Source: an uncultured bacterium
GTDB taxonomy: Bacteria; Patescibacteriota; Minisyncoccia; Moranbacterales; GWC2-37-73
DNA: 64,000 nt
NCBI GenBank assembly: GCA_903861715.1
Contig: CAIOVI010000019.1
Location: 5,936-69,935 of the forward strand
Direction of reading: 5' to 3'
Both the position numbers and the translations under genes were made by a program. Position 1 is the first letter of the stretch, and the number at the start of each line of letters is the position of its first letter. The notes below the pieces were generated by a model. The model saw nothing but the letters and a program-made list of their open reading frames with translations, did not search any database and had not been told where the DNA came from. Of this stretch, positions 49,884-58,443 are shown in pieces.

Positions 49884-50540
49884 ATGGGACATAAAGTAAA
49901 CCCAATAGGATTGCGAATAGGTATTACCAACACTTGGAAATCGAGGTGGTTTTCTGACAAGGATTATACCAAAAAGCTCAAAGAAGACATTCAAATCAGG
50001 GAATTCATCAAAAAGAAATACAAGAGTGCTGCTATTGCAGAGGTTGAAATTCATCGCAGTGCTGGCACCTTGAAACTGATTTTGAAAACTTCCAGACCTG
50101 GAGTTTTGATTGGGCGCGGCGGAAATGGAATCGGTGACATCAGCAAAATAATCAAAGATAAGTTCTTCGCTGGTCGAAAGATCGATTTGAAAATTGAAGC
50201 TCAGGAAGTTCGTCAGTTTGAAGAAAATGCTTCACTGGTTGCACAAAGCGTGGCTGAACAGTTGGAAAAACGAGTGCCTTTCAGAAGAATTTTGAAGTCA
50301 ACACTGGACACAGTTGAGAAAAATAGAATTGTCAAAGGAGTGAAAATTGAAGTTTCCGGACGCTTGGGTGGAGCTGAAATGTCTCGTCGAGAATGGCTTT
50401 CAAGAGGAACGGTGCCGCTGCACACTTTGCGAGCAGACATTGATTTCGCCAAGGCAACTGCCTTTACAACCTATGGAGCCATTGGAGTGAAGACTTGGAT
50501 TTACAAAGGAGAGGTGTTTGATGAAAAAAATGCGAATTAA
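49884..50540 (+). CDS. rpsC: 30S ribosomal protein S3
   Basis: MGHKVNPIGLR, PLHTLRADIDF. Confidence 0.99.
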   Translation: MGHKVNPIGLRIGITNTWKSRWFSDKDYTKKLKEDIQIREFIKKKYKSAAIAEVEIHRSAGTLKLILKTSRPGVLIGRGGNGIGDISKIIKDKFFAGRKIDLKIEAQEVRQFEENASLVAQSVAEQLEKRVPFRRILKSTLDTVEKNRIVKGVKIEVSGRLGGAEMSRREWLSRGTVPLHTLRADIDFAKATAFTTYGAIGVKTWIYKGEVFDEKNAN

Positions 50541-50631
50541 TTTGAATCTGATTTAAAATGATTGCGAGTGTAGCAAAGTATTAGAGAAAATTAGTGACAT
50601 AATTAGTGTGGATTAGGGATTTACCAAATAT
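50530..50631 (+). repeat. Spacer hairpin, type B (first unit overlaps the rpsC end)
   Basis: AAAGTATTAGAGAAAATTAGTGA.ATAATTAGTGT.GATTAG shared with 47222-47323. Confidence 0.85.
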
Positions 50632-51045
50632 ATGTTGATGCCAAAAAAAGTTAAACACAGAAAGATTCACCGAGGAGGAGAAATTCGGGGAGTTGCAACC
50701 AAAGGTAATGCCGTGAGTTTCGGCAGCTTTGGACTCAAGGCCGAAACCTCAGGACTGATTTCAGCTCGTCAAATTGAAGCTGCTCGAAGAGCGATGACCA
50801 GATATGTGAAAAGAGGTGGCAAGATTTGGATCAGGATTTTTCCGGACAAGCCAATGACCAAAAAAGGTGATGAAACTCCGATGGGTAAAGGAAAAGGTAG
50901 TGTGGATCATTTTGTAGCTAAGATTAAGGAGGGAAGAATGTTGTTTGAAATGGATGGGATCGATGTTTCAGTTGCCAAGGAGGCAATGAGACTTGCTTCT
51001 CACAAATTGTGTGTCAAAACAAAATTTGTGGCAAAGGAAAAATAG
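50632..51045 (+). CDS. rplP: 50S ribosomal protein L16
   Basis: [28 protein letters not shown]. Confidence 0.99.
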   Translation: MLMPKKVKHRKIHRGGEIRGVATKGNAVSFGSFGLKAETSGLISARQIEAARRAMTRYVKRGGKIWIRIFPDKPMTKKGDETPMGKGKGSVDHFVAKIKEGRMLFEMDGIDVSVAKEAMRLASHKLCVKTKFVAKEK

Positions 51046-51147
51046 TATCCGAATGTTGATACAGATTACATCCGAATTGTATACGAATATAATTCATGAA
51101 CAATCCGGATATAATTAGGATATAATTCGAATAATAAATTAGGATAT
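51046..51147 (+). repeat. Spacer hairpin, type A
   Basis: Same consensus. Confidence 0.95.
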
Positions 51148-51336
51148 ATGAAAATTCAGGAAATTAGAGATTTAAATATTGAGCAAATCAAAAAGCTCAT
51201 TGCCGAGAAAAGAACGCAGGCAGTGAAACTTCGTTTTGATATTGCAGCTCGCCAGCTCAAAAATCATCGTGAGTATCGAGCTATCAAGAAAGATGTCGCT
51301 CAAGCGTTGACGGTTTTGAAGCAACTCGAGCAATAA
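51148..51336 (+). CDS. rpmC: 50S ribosomal protein L29
   Basis: 62 aa; KLRF...IKKDVAQALTVL; synteny. Confidence 0.95.
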   Translation: MKIQEIRDLNIEQIKKLIAEKRTQAVKLRFDIAARQLKNHREYRAIKKDVAQALTVLKQLEQ

Positions 51337-51441
51337 AAGAATAATGTGAATGTCGATACGAGTTATGTCCGAATTATATGCAAATATAATTTAAGGACAA
51401 TTCGGATATAATTAGGATATAATTAGGATAAAAATTAGGAT
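51337..51441 (+). repeat. Spacer hairpin, type A
   Basis: Right arm ATTCGGAT, ATTAGGAT x3. Confidence 0.93.
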
Positions 51442-51681
51442 ATGACAAACACCACTAAAAAATTAGCAACCAAAAAAGGAAAAGTTGTGAGCGACTCAAT
51501 GGACAAAACCATTGTGGTTGCAGTTCAAACGCTGAAAACTCATCCGAAATATTTGAAGAAATATCGCTCGACCAAGAAATACAAGGTTCACGACGCAGAA
51601 AACAAGCACAAGGTTGGAGAAGTGGTGGAATTTGTGCAATGCAGGCCATTAAGCAAGGACAAGAACCACACATTAGCCTAA
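51442..51681 (+). CDS. rpsQ: 30S ribosomal protein S17
   Basis: GKVVSDSMDKTIVV, RPLSKDK. Confidence 0.98.
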   Translation: MTNTTKKLATKKGKVVSDSMDKTIVVAVQTLKTHPKYLKKYRSTKKYKVHDAENKHKVGEVVEFVQCRPLSKDKNHTLA

Positions 51682-51781
51682 AATACGAATGTTGATACGA
51701 ATTAATCCGAATTATATGTAAATATAGTTTGAGGACAATTCGGATATAATTAGGATATAATTTGGATAAAAATTAGGATAT
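51682..51781 (+). repeat. Spacer hairpin, type A
   Basis: Same consensus. Confidence 0.95.
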
Positions 51782-52147
51782 ATGATTCAAGCAGAAACAA
51801 GATTAAGAGCAGCTGATAATTCTGGAGCAAAAGTGATTGAATGCTTCAAGATTCTGGGTGGAACTCGCAGGCGTTATGCCTCTGTGGGCGACATCATTGT
51901 TTGCTCTGTTAAATCAGCTGAACCGAGAGGCTTGGTGAAGAAAGGAGACAAAGTTCGCGCCGTGATTGTCAGACAGAAAAAAGCCTACAGACGCAAAGAT
52001 GGATCCTATATCCGTTTTGATGAAAATGCTGCGGTGATTGTTAATGAAAAAGAGCCGAAAGGAACCCGTATTTTTGGACCAATTGCCAGAGAATTGCGTG
52101 AAAAAGGTTTTGCCAAGATTGTGTCATTGGCGCCAGAAGTATTATAG
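51782..52147 (+). CDS. rplN: 50S ribosomal protein L14
   Basis: [20 protein letters not shown]. Confidence 0.99.
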   Translation: MIQAETRLRAADNSGAKVIECFKILGGTRRRYASVGDIIVCSVKSAEPRGLVKKGDKVRAVIVRQKKAYRRKDGSYIRFDENAAVIVNEKEPKGTRIFGPIARELREKGFAKIVSLAPEVL

Positions 52148-52248
52148 ATACGAATGTTGATACGAATTACATCCGAATTATATTTACGAATATAATTTAC
52201 GGACAATTCGGATATAATTAGGATATAATTCGAATAATAAATTAGGAT
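52148..52248 (+). repeat. Spacer hairpin, type A
   Basis: 100/101 identical to 53930-54030. Confidence 0.97.
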
Positions 52249-52554
52249 ATGAGAATTAAAAAAGGAGACCTCGTGAAAAAAATTGCAGGCAAGGATAAGG
52301 GAAAACAAGGCAAAGTCTTGCGAACTGTGCCAAGCGAGGGAAAAATTGTGGTTGAAAAAATGAACATTGTGAAAAAGCACAAGAAGGCTCGCCGAGAAGG
52401 AGAAAAGGGACAAAGAGTTGAAATTGCTGCTCCCTTTGATGCTTCGAACGCAATGTTGATTTGTCCATCCTGTGGAAAAGCAACTCGAACTTCCTATGCT
52501 TTTATCAAAGAAAGGAAAGTGCGAGTTTGCAAGAAATGTGGGAAGGAAATCTAG
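52249..52554 (+). CDS. rplX: 50S ribosomal protein L24
   Basis: IKKGD...GKDKGKQG; CPSC/CKKC. Confidence 0.98.
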   Translation: MRIKKGDLVKKIAGKDKGKQGKVLRTVPSEGKIVVEKMNIVKKHKKARREGEKGQRVEIAAPFDASNAMLICPSCGKATRTSYAFIKERKVRVCKKCGKEI

Positions 52555-52664
52555 ATACGAATTATGATGCGAATTATGTCCGAATATAATCCAAATCAAT
52601 AAATCAGTTTTTTATAAAAAATTCGGAAGAAATTAGGATGTAATTTGAATAAAAATTAGGATAT
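52555..52664 (+). repeat. Spacer hairpin, type C
   Basis: Close match to 47708-47815. Confidence 0.93.
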
Positions 52665-53213
52665 ATGAAAATAACTCCAGCAAAAGAAAAATATACGAAA
52701 ACTGTTGCAGCTCAAATGCAAGAGAAATTTGGATATAAAAGCGTCATGGCAGTGCCTCGAATCAAGAAAGTGGTGGTTAATGTTGGAATTGGCAAGATTG
52801 TGAAGGAAAATGATAAAATTGAGGAAGTCGTCAATACTTTGACCGCTATTACTGGGCAAAAACCTGTCAAAACCAAAGCCAAGAAAGCGATTGCCGGTTT
52901 TAAAACCAGAGAAGGCATGGAAGTTGGCGTGAAAGTGACTTTGCGAGGAGCTCGGATGTGGCAGTTTATTGACAGATTGATTGTGGCTACCTTGCCAAGA
53001 ACAAGAGATTTCCAAGGCATCACCCGTAAATCAGTTGACAGCCATGGGAATATAAACATTGGAATCAAGGAGCATTTGATTTTTCCTGAGATTTCCCCTG
53101 AACGTGTAAAATATACTTTCGGATTGCAAGCGACAGTTTCAACGACTGCCACCTCACAAGCAGAAGGTTTGGAATTATTTAAATTATTAGGATTTCCGCT
53201 GAAAAGCGAATAA
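52665..53213 (+). CDS. rplE: 50S ribosomal protein L5
   Basis: ITGQKP, KVTLRG, LPRTRDFQG. Confidence 0.99.
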   Translation: MKITPAKEKYTKTVAAQMQEKFGYKSVMAVPRIKKVVVNVGIGKIVKENDKIEEVVNTLTAITGQKPVKTKAKKAIAGFKTREGMEVGVKVTLRGARMWQFIDRLIVATLPRTRDFQGITRKSVDSHGNINIGIKEHLIFPEISPERVKYTFGLQATVSTTATSQAEGLELFKLLGFPLKSE

Positions 53214-53233
53214 GTAAAATTGATTAAATAAAT

Positions 53234-53419
53234 ATGGCGAAAACATCTACCCAAGCTAGAGCAGAAAAAAAACCAAAATTTTCGACCCGTGAGGTGCGAA
53301 GGTGTTGGCGTTGTGGTCGGAAACATGGTTATCTTCGAGCCTTTGATATTTGCAGAATTTGCTTTCGCGAGTTGGCAAGTAAAGGAGAACTGCCGGGGGT
53401 AAAGAAAAGTAGTTGGTAA
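53234..53419 (+). CDS. rpsN: 30S ribosomal protein S14 (zinc, type Z)
   Basis: CWRCGR...CRICFRE...GVKKSSW. Confidence 0.98.
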   Translation: MAKTSTQARAEKKPKFSTREVRRCWRCGRKHGYLRAFDICRICFRELASKGELPGVKKSSW

Positions 53420-53524
53420 ATACGAATTATTTATCCGAATTACATCCGAATTATATGAAGATATGATTTGTGAATAATCCAGATAAAAAATAAGATAATT
53501 ATAATTAGGATAAAGAATTAGAAT
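53420..53524 (+). repeat. Spacer hairpin, type A with degenerate right arm
   Basis: ATACGAAT, ATCCGAAT x2...ATTAGGAT, ATTAGAAT|ATG. Confidence 0.88.
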
Positions 53525-53929
53525 ATGTTAGATCCAATAGCAGACATGCTCACAAGAATTAGAAACGCCCAGCGAGCGAAACACAAAGAGGTTTCGGTGC
53601 CGTTTTCGAAGTTGAAATATTCTATTGCTCAAATTTTGCAGCAAAGACATTTCATTCAAGCTGTCAAAAAAGAAGATGGAGAGAAATTTCCAGTGCTCAA
53701 CATTACTTTGAAATATGAGGTTGTTTCCAACACGGAGAAAAATCCTGCCATTCGGGAGATCAAGAGAGTGAGTCGAGAAGGTCAGCGGATTTATGTGAAA
53801 AAGACTGACATCAAGCGAATCAAGAACGGCTATGGAATTTCAATTGTTTCCACTTCCAAGGGTATGATGACTGGAGACAGTGCCAGAAAATTGGGATTGG
53901 GCGGGGAAATAATTTGTGAGGTCTGGTAG
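53525..53929 (+). CDS. rpsH: 30S ribosomal protein S8
   Basis: DPIADMLTRIRNA, STSKGMMT, GGEIICEVW. Confidence 0.99.
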   Translation: MLDPIADMLTRIRNAQRAKHKEVSVPFSKLKYSIAQILQQRHFIQAVKKEDGEKFPVLNITLKYEVVSNTEKNPAIREIKRVSREGQRIYVKKTDIKRIKNGYGISIVSTSKGMMTGDSARKLGLGGEIICEVW

Positions 53930-54030
53930 ATACGAATGTTGATACGAATTACATCCGAATTATATTTACGAATATAATTTACGGACAATTCGGATATAAT
54001 TAGGATATAATTTGAATAATAAATTAGGAT
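53930..54030 (+). repeat. Spacer hairpin, type A
   Basis: 100/101 identical to 52148-52248. Confidence 0.97.
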
Positions 54031-54567
54031 ATGAGTAGAATTGGAAAAAAACCGGTAGCTATTCCTCAGGGAGTGACTATTAATGTAGATAAGAACTTGG
54101 TATCCGTGACTGGGCCAAAGGGCTCACTTAAATTTGAACACCACTCCGATGTGGCGATCGAAATCAGTCCAGAAAGTCTTTTGGTTGAAAAGAAGGGCAA
54201 TGGTAAAAATGCACCAGCGATTTGGGGAACCACGGCTAGGGTTATTGAGAACATGATTGAAGGCGTGACTGTGGGTTTCAAAAAACAACTTGAACTCAAT
54301 GGCGTTGGTTTCCGTATGTCAGTGGCTGGCAAAAAAATCAACTTGGCACTTGGATTTTCACATCCAGTGGAGGTGGTAGTTCCAGCTGAACTTGACGTTA
54401 TTATCGAAGGAAATACCATGACAGTTTCGGGGATTGATAAGCATGCCGTGGGACAATTTTCTGCCAACATCAGAGCGCTTAAACCAGTTGAGCCATATAA
54501 GGGAAAAGGATTTAAATATGTTGGTGAACATGTGAGACGCAAAGAAGGCAAGAAATCATCGAAATAA
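54031..54567 (+). CDS. rplF: 50S ribosomal protein L6
   Basis: MSRIGKKP, EPYKGKG. Confidence 0.99.
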   Translation: MSRIGKKPVAIPQGVTINVDKNLVSVTGPKGSLKFEHHSDVAIEISPESLLVEKKGNGKNAPAIWGTTARVIENMIEGVTVGFKKQLELNGVGFRMSVAGKKINLALGFSHPVEVVVPAELDVIIEGNTMTVSGIDKHAVGQFSANIRALKPVEPYKGKGFKYVGEHVRRKEGKKSSK

Positions 54568-54653
54568 GGCATCCGAAAAGCGCACTACGAAAGCGCCCAT
54601 ACGAAATTTCGTAGATTCGCATTTAATTCGTAGATTCGTATCGGTAAATCATT
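54568..54653 (+). repeat. Spacer hairpin variant (TACGAA / TTCGTA)
   Basis: TCCGAA, TACGAA x2 then TTCGTA, TTCGCA, TTCGTA x2. Confidence 0.8.
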
Positions 54654-55004
54654 ATGAAAAAAATAAGTAACAATAGCAATCGTTTGCAAAGAAAACGCCG
54701 AGTCAGGGCGAAGATTTCAGGCACCGTTGAGCGTCCTCGACTTTCAGTTTTCAAAAGCTTGAAGGGTATCTATGCGCAGGTTATTGATGATGCAACTGGC
54801 AAGACTTTGGCAAGCGCTAAGCTCTCAGAAATCAAAAAAGCTGCCAACACGATTGAGGGCGCTGGAGCAGTTGGAAAATTGGTGGCTGAAAAATGTTTGG
54901 CCGCGAAAATTGAAACAGTAATATTCGACCGATCAGGTTATCAATATCATGGCAAGATAAAAGCTCTCGCAGATGGAGCTCGTGAAGGCGGACTGAAATT
55001 TTAA
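54654..55004 (+). CDS. rplR: 50S ribosomal protein L18
   Basis: [27 protein letters not shown]. Confidence 0.98.
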   Translation: MKKISNNSNRLQRKRRVRAKISGTVERPRLSVFKSLKGIYAQVIDDATGKTLASAKLSEIKKAANTIEGAGAVGKLVAEKCLAAKIETVIFDRSGYQYHGKIKALADGAREGGLKF

Positions 55005-55120
55005 GTTAAGTAAACAGAATTAACACGGATTTTTAACAGAATTAACACGGAAACACGGAAACTATTTTGAATTTTTTTGTGTCGTTCTGTAATTTTCTGT
55101 GTAATTCCGTTATAGTATAT
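55005..55120 (+). repeat. Spacer hairpin variant (AC(A/G)GAA / TTC(T/C)GT)
   Basis: AACAGAATTAACACGGA x2 then TTCTGT x2, TTCCGT. Confidence 0.8.
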
Positions 55121-55654
55121 ATGGACAAAAGATCAGGAAAAAAACCAATGAGAAGAGAGAAGCCAGAATTTGAGCAGAAGCTTTTGGATTTGGCTCGAGT
55201 TACGCGCGTGGTTAAGGGTGGACGAAGATTTCGCTTTCGTGCAACGTTGGTGATTGGAAATCGCAAAGGTCAAGTTGGCGTTGGAGTCGCCAAGGGCTCG
55301 GATGTTTCCGATGCGATTCAAAAGGCTTTCAATGATGCCAAGAAATCTATGATTACTGTGAAATTGTCTGGAAACACAATTCCCCATGACGTTCACATGA
55401 AAAAAGGCAGCGCAAAAATTTTGCTCAAGCCTGCTGCTGAAGGACGTGGAGTTATCGCTGGAGGAGCTGTCAGAGCCGTGGTTGACTTGGCTGGAATTCG
55501 TGACATTGTTTCAAAATCACTCGGAACTTCCAATAAGCTGAATGTGGCCAGAGCAACTATTGAAGCCTTGCGAAGCCTTAAGGAGCCAAGGATCAAAGTC
55601 GAAGCCGTGAAGGCTGAAGTAGTCGTCAAAGATGAGAAAGTAGAAGTTAAATAG
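55121..55654 (+). CDS. rpsE: 30S ribosomal protein S5
   Basis: RVTRVVKGGRRFRF, GVIAGGAVR; start moved past the spacer. Confidence 0.98.
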   Translation: MDKRSGKKPMRREKPEFEQKLLDLARVTRVVKGGRRFRFRATLVIGNRKGQVGVGVAKGSDVSDAIQKAFNDAKKSMITVKLSGNTIPHDVHMKKGSAKILLKPAAEGRGVIAGGAVRAVVDLAGIRDIVSKSLGTSNKLNVARATIEALRSLKEPRIKVEAVKAEVVVKDEKVEVK

Positions 55655-55775
55655 CATTTTTTCTGTTTTATAAATTATTGGCCCCACAAATCTACAAATT
55701 GACTACAAATCTATAAATGCGCATGAATTTATTTGTAGATTTGTATAAGATTCGTAGATTAGTAGGGATATTGTT
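55655..55775 (+). repeat. Spacer hairpin variant (CTACAAAT / ATTTGTAG) at the rpmD position
   Basis: CCACAAAT, CTACAAAT x2, CTATAAAT then ATTTGTAG, ATTTGTAT, ATTCGTAG, ATTAGTAG. Confidence 0.85.
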
Positions 55776-56210
55776 ATGCAAATTCATCAACTTACGCTCA
55801 AAAAAAGGAAGCCAAAAAAGACCGTTGGTCGCGGAGGAAAACGTGGAACTTATTCTGGCCGAGGAAATAAGGGGCAAAAAGCTCGCTCAGGAGCTTCAAT
55901 TGATCCTTTGTTTGAAGGAGGTCGTTCCTCATTGACGGAACGTCTCAAGAAAGTGCGGGGATTCAAATCTCGAACTCCAAAGAAGACCGTGGTGAAGATT
56001 TTTGATTTGGAAAAGAATTTCAAAGATGGCGAGGTTGTTTCAATTGAAAGCTTGATAACTGCCAAGATTATTTCCAAAAAAGATTCAAAGGATGGCGTGA
56101 AAATTTTGACAACTGGTGAAATCACCAAAAAACTCACAATCGACAAAGAACTTTTGCTTTCACAATCTGCCAAAGATGCTATTGTTAAGGCAGGAGGAAC
56201 AATTTTATAG
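55776..56210 (+). CDS. rplO: 50S ribosomal protein L15
   Basis: GRGNKGQKARSG, FEGG. Confidence 0.98.
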   Translation: MQIHQLTLKKRKPKKTVGRGGKRGTYSGRGNKGQKARSGASIDPLFEGGRSSLTERLKKVRGFKSRTPKKTVVKIFDLEKNFKDGEVVSIESLITAKIISKKDSKDGVKILTTGEITKKLTIDKELLLSQSAKDAIVKAGGTIL

Positions 56211-56316
56211 TCATTCAATCATTTAAACATGCAAACAGTTAAACATATTAGCATTTAAACATGGTTTCAATAGGGTGTTGTTTAAATGATTAGATGTTTA
56301 GATGTTAAAATGAAAG
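56211..56316 (+). repeat. Spacer hairpin variant (AAACAT / ATGTT)
   Basis: TAAACAT units then TTTAAATG, TAGATGTT x2. Confidence 0.75.
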
Positions 56317-57588
56317 ATGTTGGACAAAATAACACAAATTTTTAAGGTCAAAGAACTGCGTGATAAGATCCTCTTTATTTTAGGGGTTCTTATTGTTTTT
56401 CGCGTGGCTGCTAATATTCCTTTGCCAGGAGTTGACAGTGAGCAACTTCGTAGACTTTTTGAGGGCAATCAATTGCTCGGCATGCTTAACGTTTTTTCCG
56501 GAGGCGGCTTGACAAACATTTCAATCGTTATGTTGGGAGTGGGTCCTTATATCACAGCCTCAATCATCATGCAGCTTTTGACGATGATTGTGCCTAGCAT
56601 TGAACAAATTTACAAAGAAGAGGGCGAGGCTGGCAGGCAAAAATTCAACATGTGGACGCGTTGGCTCACTGTGCCTTTGGCAGTGATGCAGACTTTCGGG
56701 CTGGTGACTTTGCTGAAATCGCAAAACGTGATTGGCAATTTAACCCCGTTTAATTTAGCAGTGCTCATTTTGATTGCCACCACCGGAACCATCTTTTTGA
56801 TGTGGCTGGGAGAGCTCATCACGGAGAAAGGCATTGGTAATGGAGTTTCCCTTATCATTTTTGCCGGCATCGTCAGCAGTTTGCCTTCTTCAATCTCCAA
56901 ACTTTTTTTGACTTTTGATTCTTCTCAATTTTTCACCTATGCAATCATTCTGGCAGTCATGCTGGTGACGATTGCAGGCGTGGTTATGGTGACTGAGGGG
57001 CAACGCAATATTGAAGTTTCCTATGCCAAGCGAGTGCATGGCGGCAACACCTATGGCGGAGCTGCTTCGCATTTGCCGCTGCGAGTCAATCAAGCGGGTG
57101 TTATTCCGATCATTTTTGCAATGTCAATCATGCTTTTTCCTGGCATGATTGCAACTTTTTTGATGCGAGTCAGTAATCAAACCGTGGCGTCTTTTGCAAC
57201 TAGCGTGAACAATCTGTTTCAGAATCAAGTTTTTTATGGCAGTGCTTACTTTGTCTTGATTGTGCTCTTCACATATTTTTATACAGCTGTGGTTTTTGAT
57301 CCAGTGAAAATTTCAGAGAATTTGCAAAAACAAGGTGGTTATATTCCAGGTATTCGTCCAGGTAAGACTACGGCGGACTATTTGTTTAAAATCATGAACC
57401 GAATAACTTTGGCTGGCGCCTTGTTTCTGGGAGCTATTGCGGTCTTGCCATTCATTGTGCAGGGCCTGACCAACATTCAAACTTTGCGCATCGGTGGAAC
57501 AAGTGTGCTGATTGTCGTTTCAGTTGTCATCGAAACCATCAAACAAATTGAAGGACAATTAGTGATGCGAGACTACGAAGGATTTTAA
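56317..57588 (+). CDS. secY: Preprotein translocase SecY
   Basis: LGVGPYITASIIMQLL, GIGNGVSLIIFAGI, IPGIRPG. Confidence 0.99.
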   Translation: MLDKITQIFKVKELRDKILFILGVLIVFRVAANIPLPGVDSEQLRRLFEGNQLLGMLNVFSGGGLTNISIVMLGVGPYITASIIMQLLTMIVPSIEQIYKEEGEAGRQKFNMWTRWLTVPLAVMQTFGLVTLLKSQNVIGNLTPFNLAVLILIATTGTIFLMWLGELITEKGIGNGVSLIIFAGIVSSLPSSISKLFLTFDSSQFFTYAIILAVMLVTIAGVVMVTEGQRNIEVSYAKRVHGGNTYGGAASHLPLRVNQAGVIPIIFAMSIMLFPGMIATFLMRVSNQTVASFATSVNNLFQNQVFYGSAYFVLIVLFTYFYTAVVFDPVKISENLQKQGGYIPGIRPGKTTADYLFKIMNRITLAGALFLGAIAVLPFIVQGLTNIQTLRIGGTSVLIVVSVVIETIKQIEGQLVMRDYEGF

Positions 57589-57660
57589 AAGTCACAAAAC
57601 ATAGAGCATAGAGCATAGAGCATTTTTGTTCCATGTTCCATGTTCCATGTTCCATGTTTA
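57589..57660 (+). repeat. Spacer of 7-mer tandems (CATAGAG)x3 / (TTCCATG)x4
   Basis: Read directly; the arms are imperfectly complementary. Confidence 0.85.
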
Positions 57661-58308
57661 ATGAATTTGATAATCTTCGGTCCCCAGGGCTCTGGCAAGG
57701 GGACGCAAGCCAACAAACTAGCCGAGAAATTTAATCTGTCCCATCTTGAAACCGGACAGATTTTTCGTGATATTGCTAGAGAAGATTCTTCCTTGGGAAG
57801 AAAAATAAAAGAGTTGAATGAAAATAAAGAAATGATTCCAGATCAAATTACAGTTGAAGTCCTGAGGCATTTTCTAGAACTGGTTCCTTCTGAAAAAGGC
57901 GTTATTCTGGACAGCGCTCCGCGCACTTTTGGTCAAATTGAGCCAGTTGAAAAAACCATGCAAGAAGAAGGTCGAACTATAGATAAGGCCATCTATATCG
58001 CGCTTTCATATGAAGAATCCGTAGCTAGAATAACCAAGCGCTTCGCTTGCACCAAGTGTTTCAGACATTTCGTGCTTGGAAAAGACATCCAAGATAGCAG
58101 TGAAAATTGTCCAACCTGCGGAGGTCTAATTATGCAAAGAGGTGACGACACCCCAGATGGAATTGCCAAGCGACTCAAAACTTTTTATGAAGTTACGATG
58201 CCGGTCATTGAGCATTATCGAGCAAAGGGAATGTTGATCGAGGTGGATGGAAAGCAGGGAGTGGAGGAAGTTTTTGAGGATATTTTAAGAGGATTAAATA
58301 AGGAATAG
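57661..58308 (+). CDS. adk: Adenylate kinase (zinc LID)
   Basis: GPQGSGKGTQA, CTKC/CPTC, QRGDD; follows secY. Confidence 0.95.
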   Translation: MNLIIFGPQGSGKGTQANKLAEKFNLSHLETGQIFRDIAREDSSLGRKIKELNENKEMIPDQITVEVLRHFLELVPSEKGVILDSAPRTFGQIEPVEKTMQEEGRTIDKAIYIALSYEESVARITKRFACTKCFRHFVLGKDIQDSSENCPTCGGLIMQRGDDTPDGIAKRLKTFYEVTMPVIEHYRAKGMLIEVDGKQGVEEVFEDILRGLNKE

Positions 58309-58443
58309 AGTTTTATCAATCTATTATAGAAAAACAATTTTTAATTTTTAATTTTTAATTTTCAAAATATTAAATTTTAAAACATTTAATTAAACATTTT
58401 AATTTGATTTCAAATTTCAAATTTCAAATTTAAAATTCAGCAG

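Noticed and set aside
46493-54030. CRISPR array
   Set aside because: Repeats are ~100 nt and variable, the intervening sequences are whole ribosomal protein genes, and no cas genes are present
57640-57660. N-terminal extension MFHVPCL on adk (and the similar MISCFMFHVPCFIT on rpmB)
   Set aside because: Translation of (TTCCATG)n intergenic tandems; the true starts are downstream. Similar ORF-track overextensions affect rplW, rpsE, the M50 gene and the 21324 ORF
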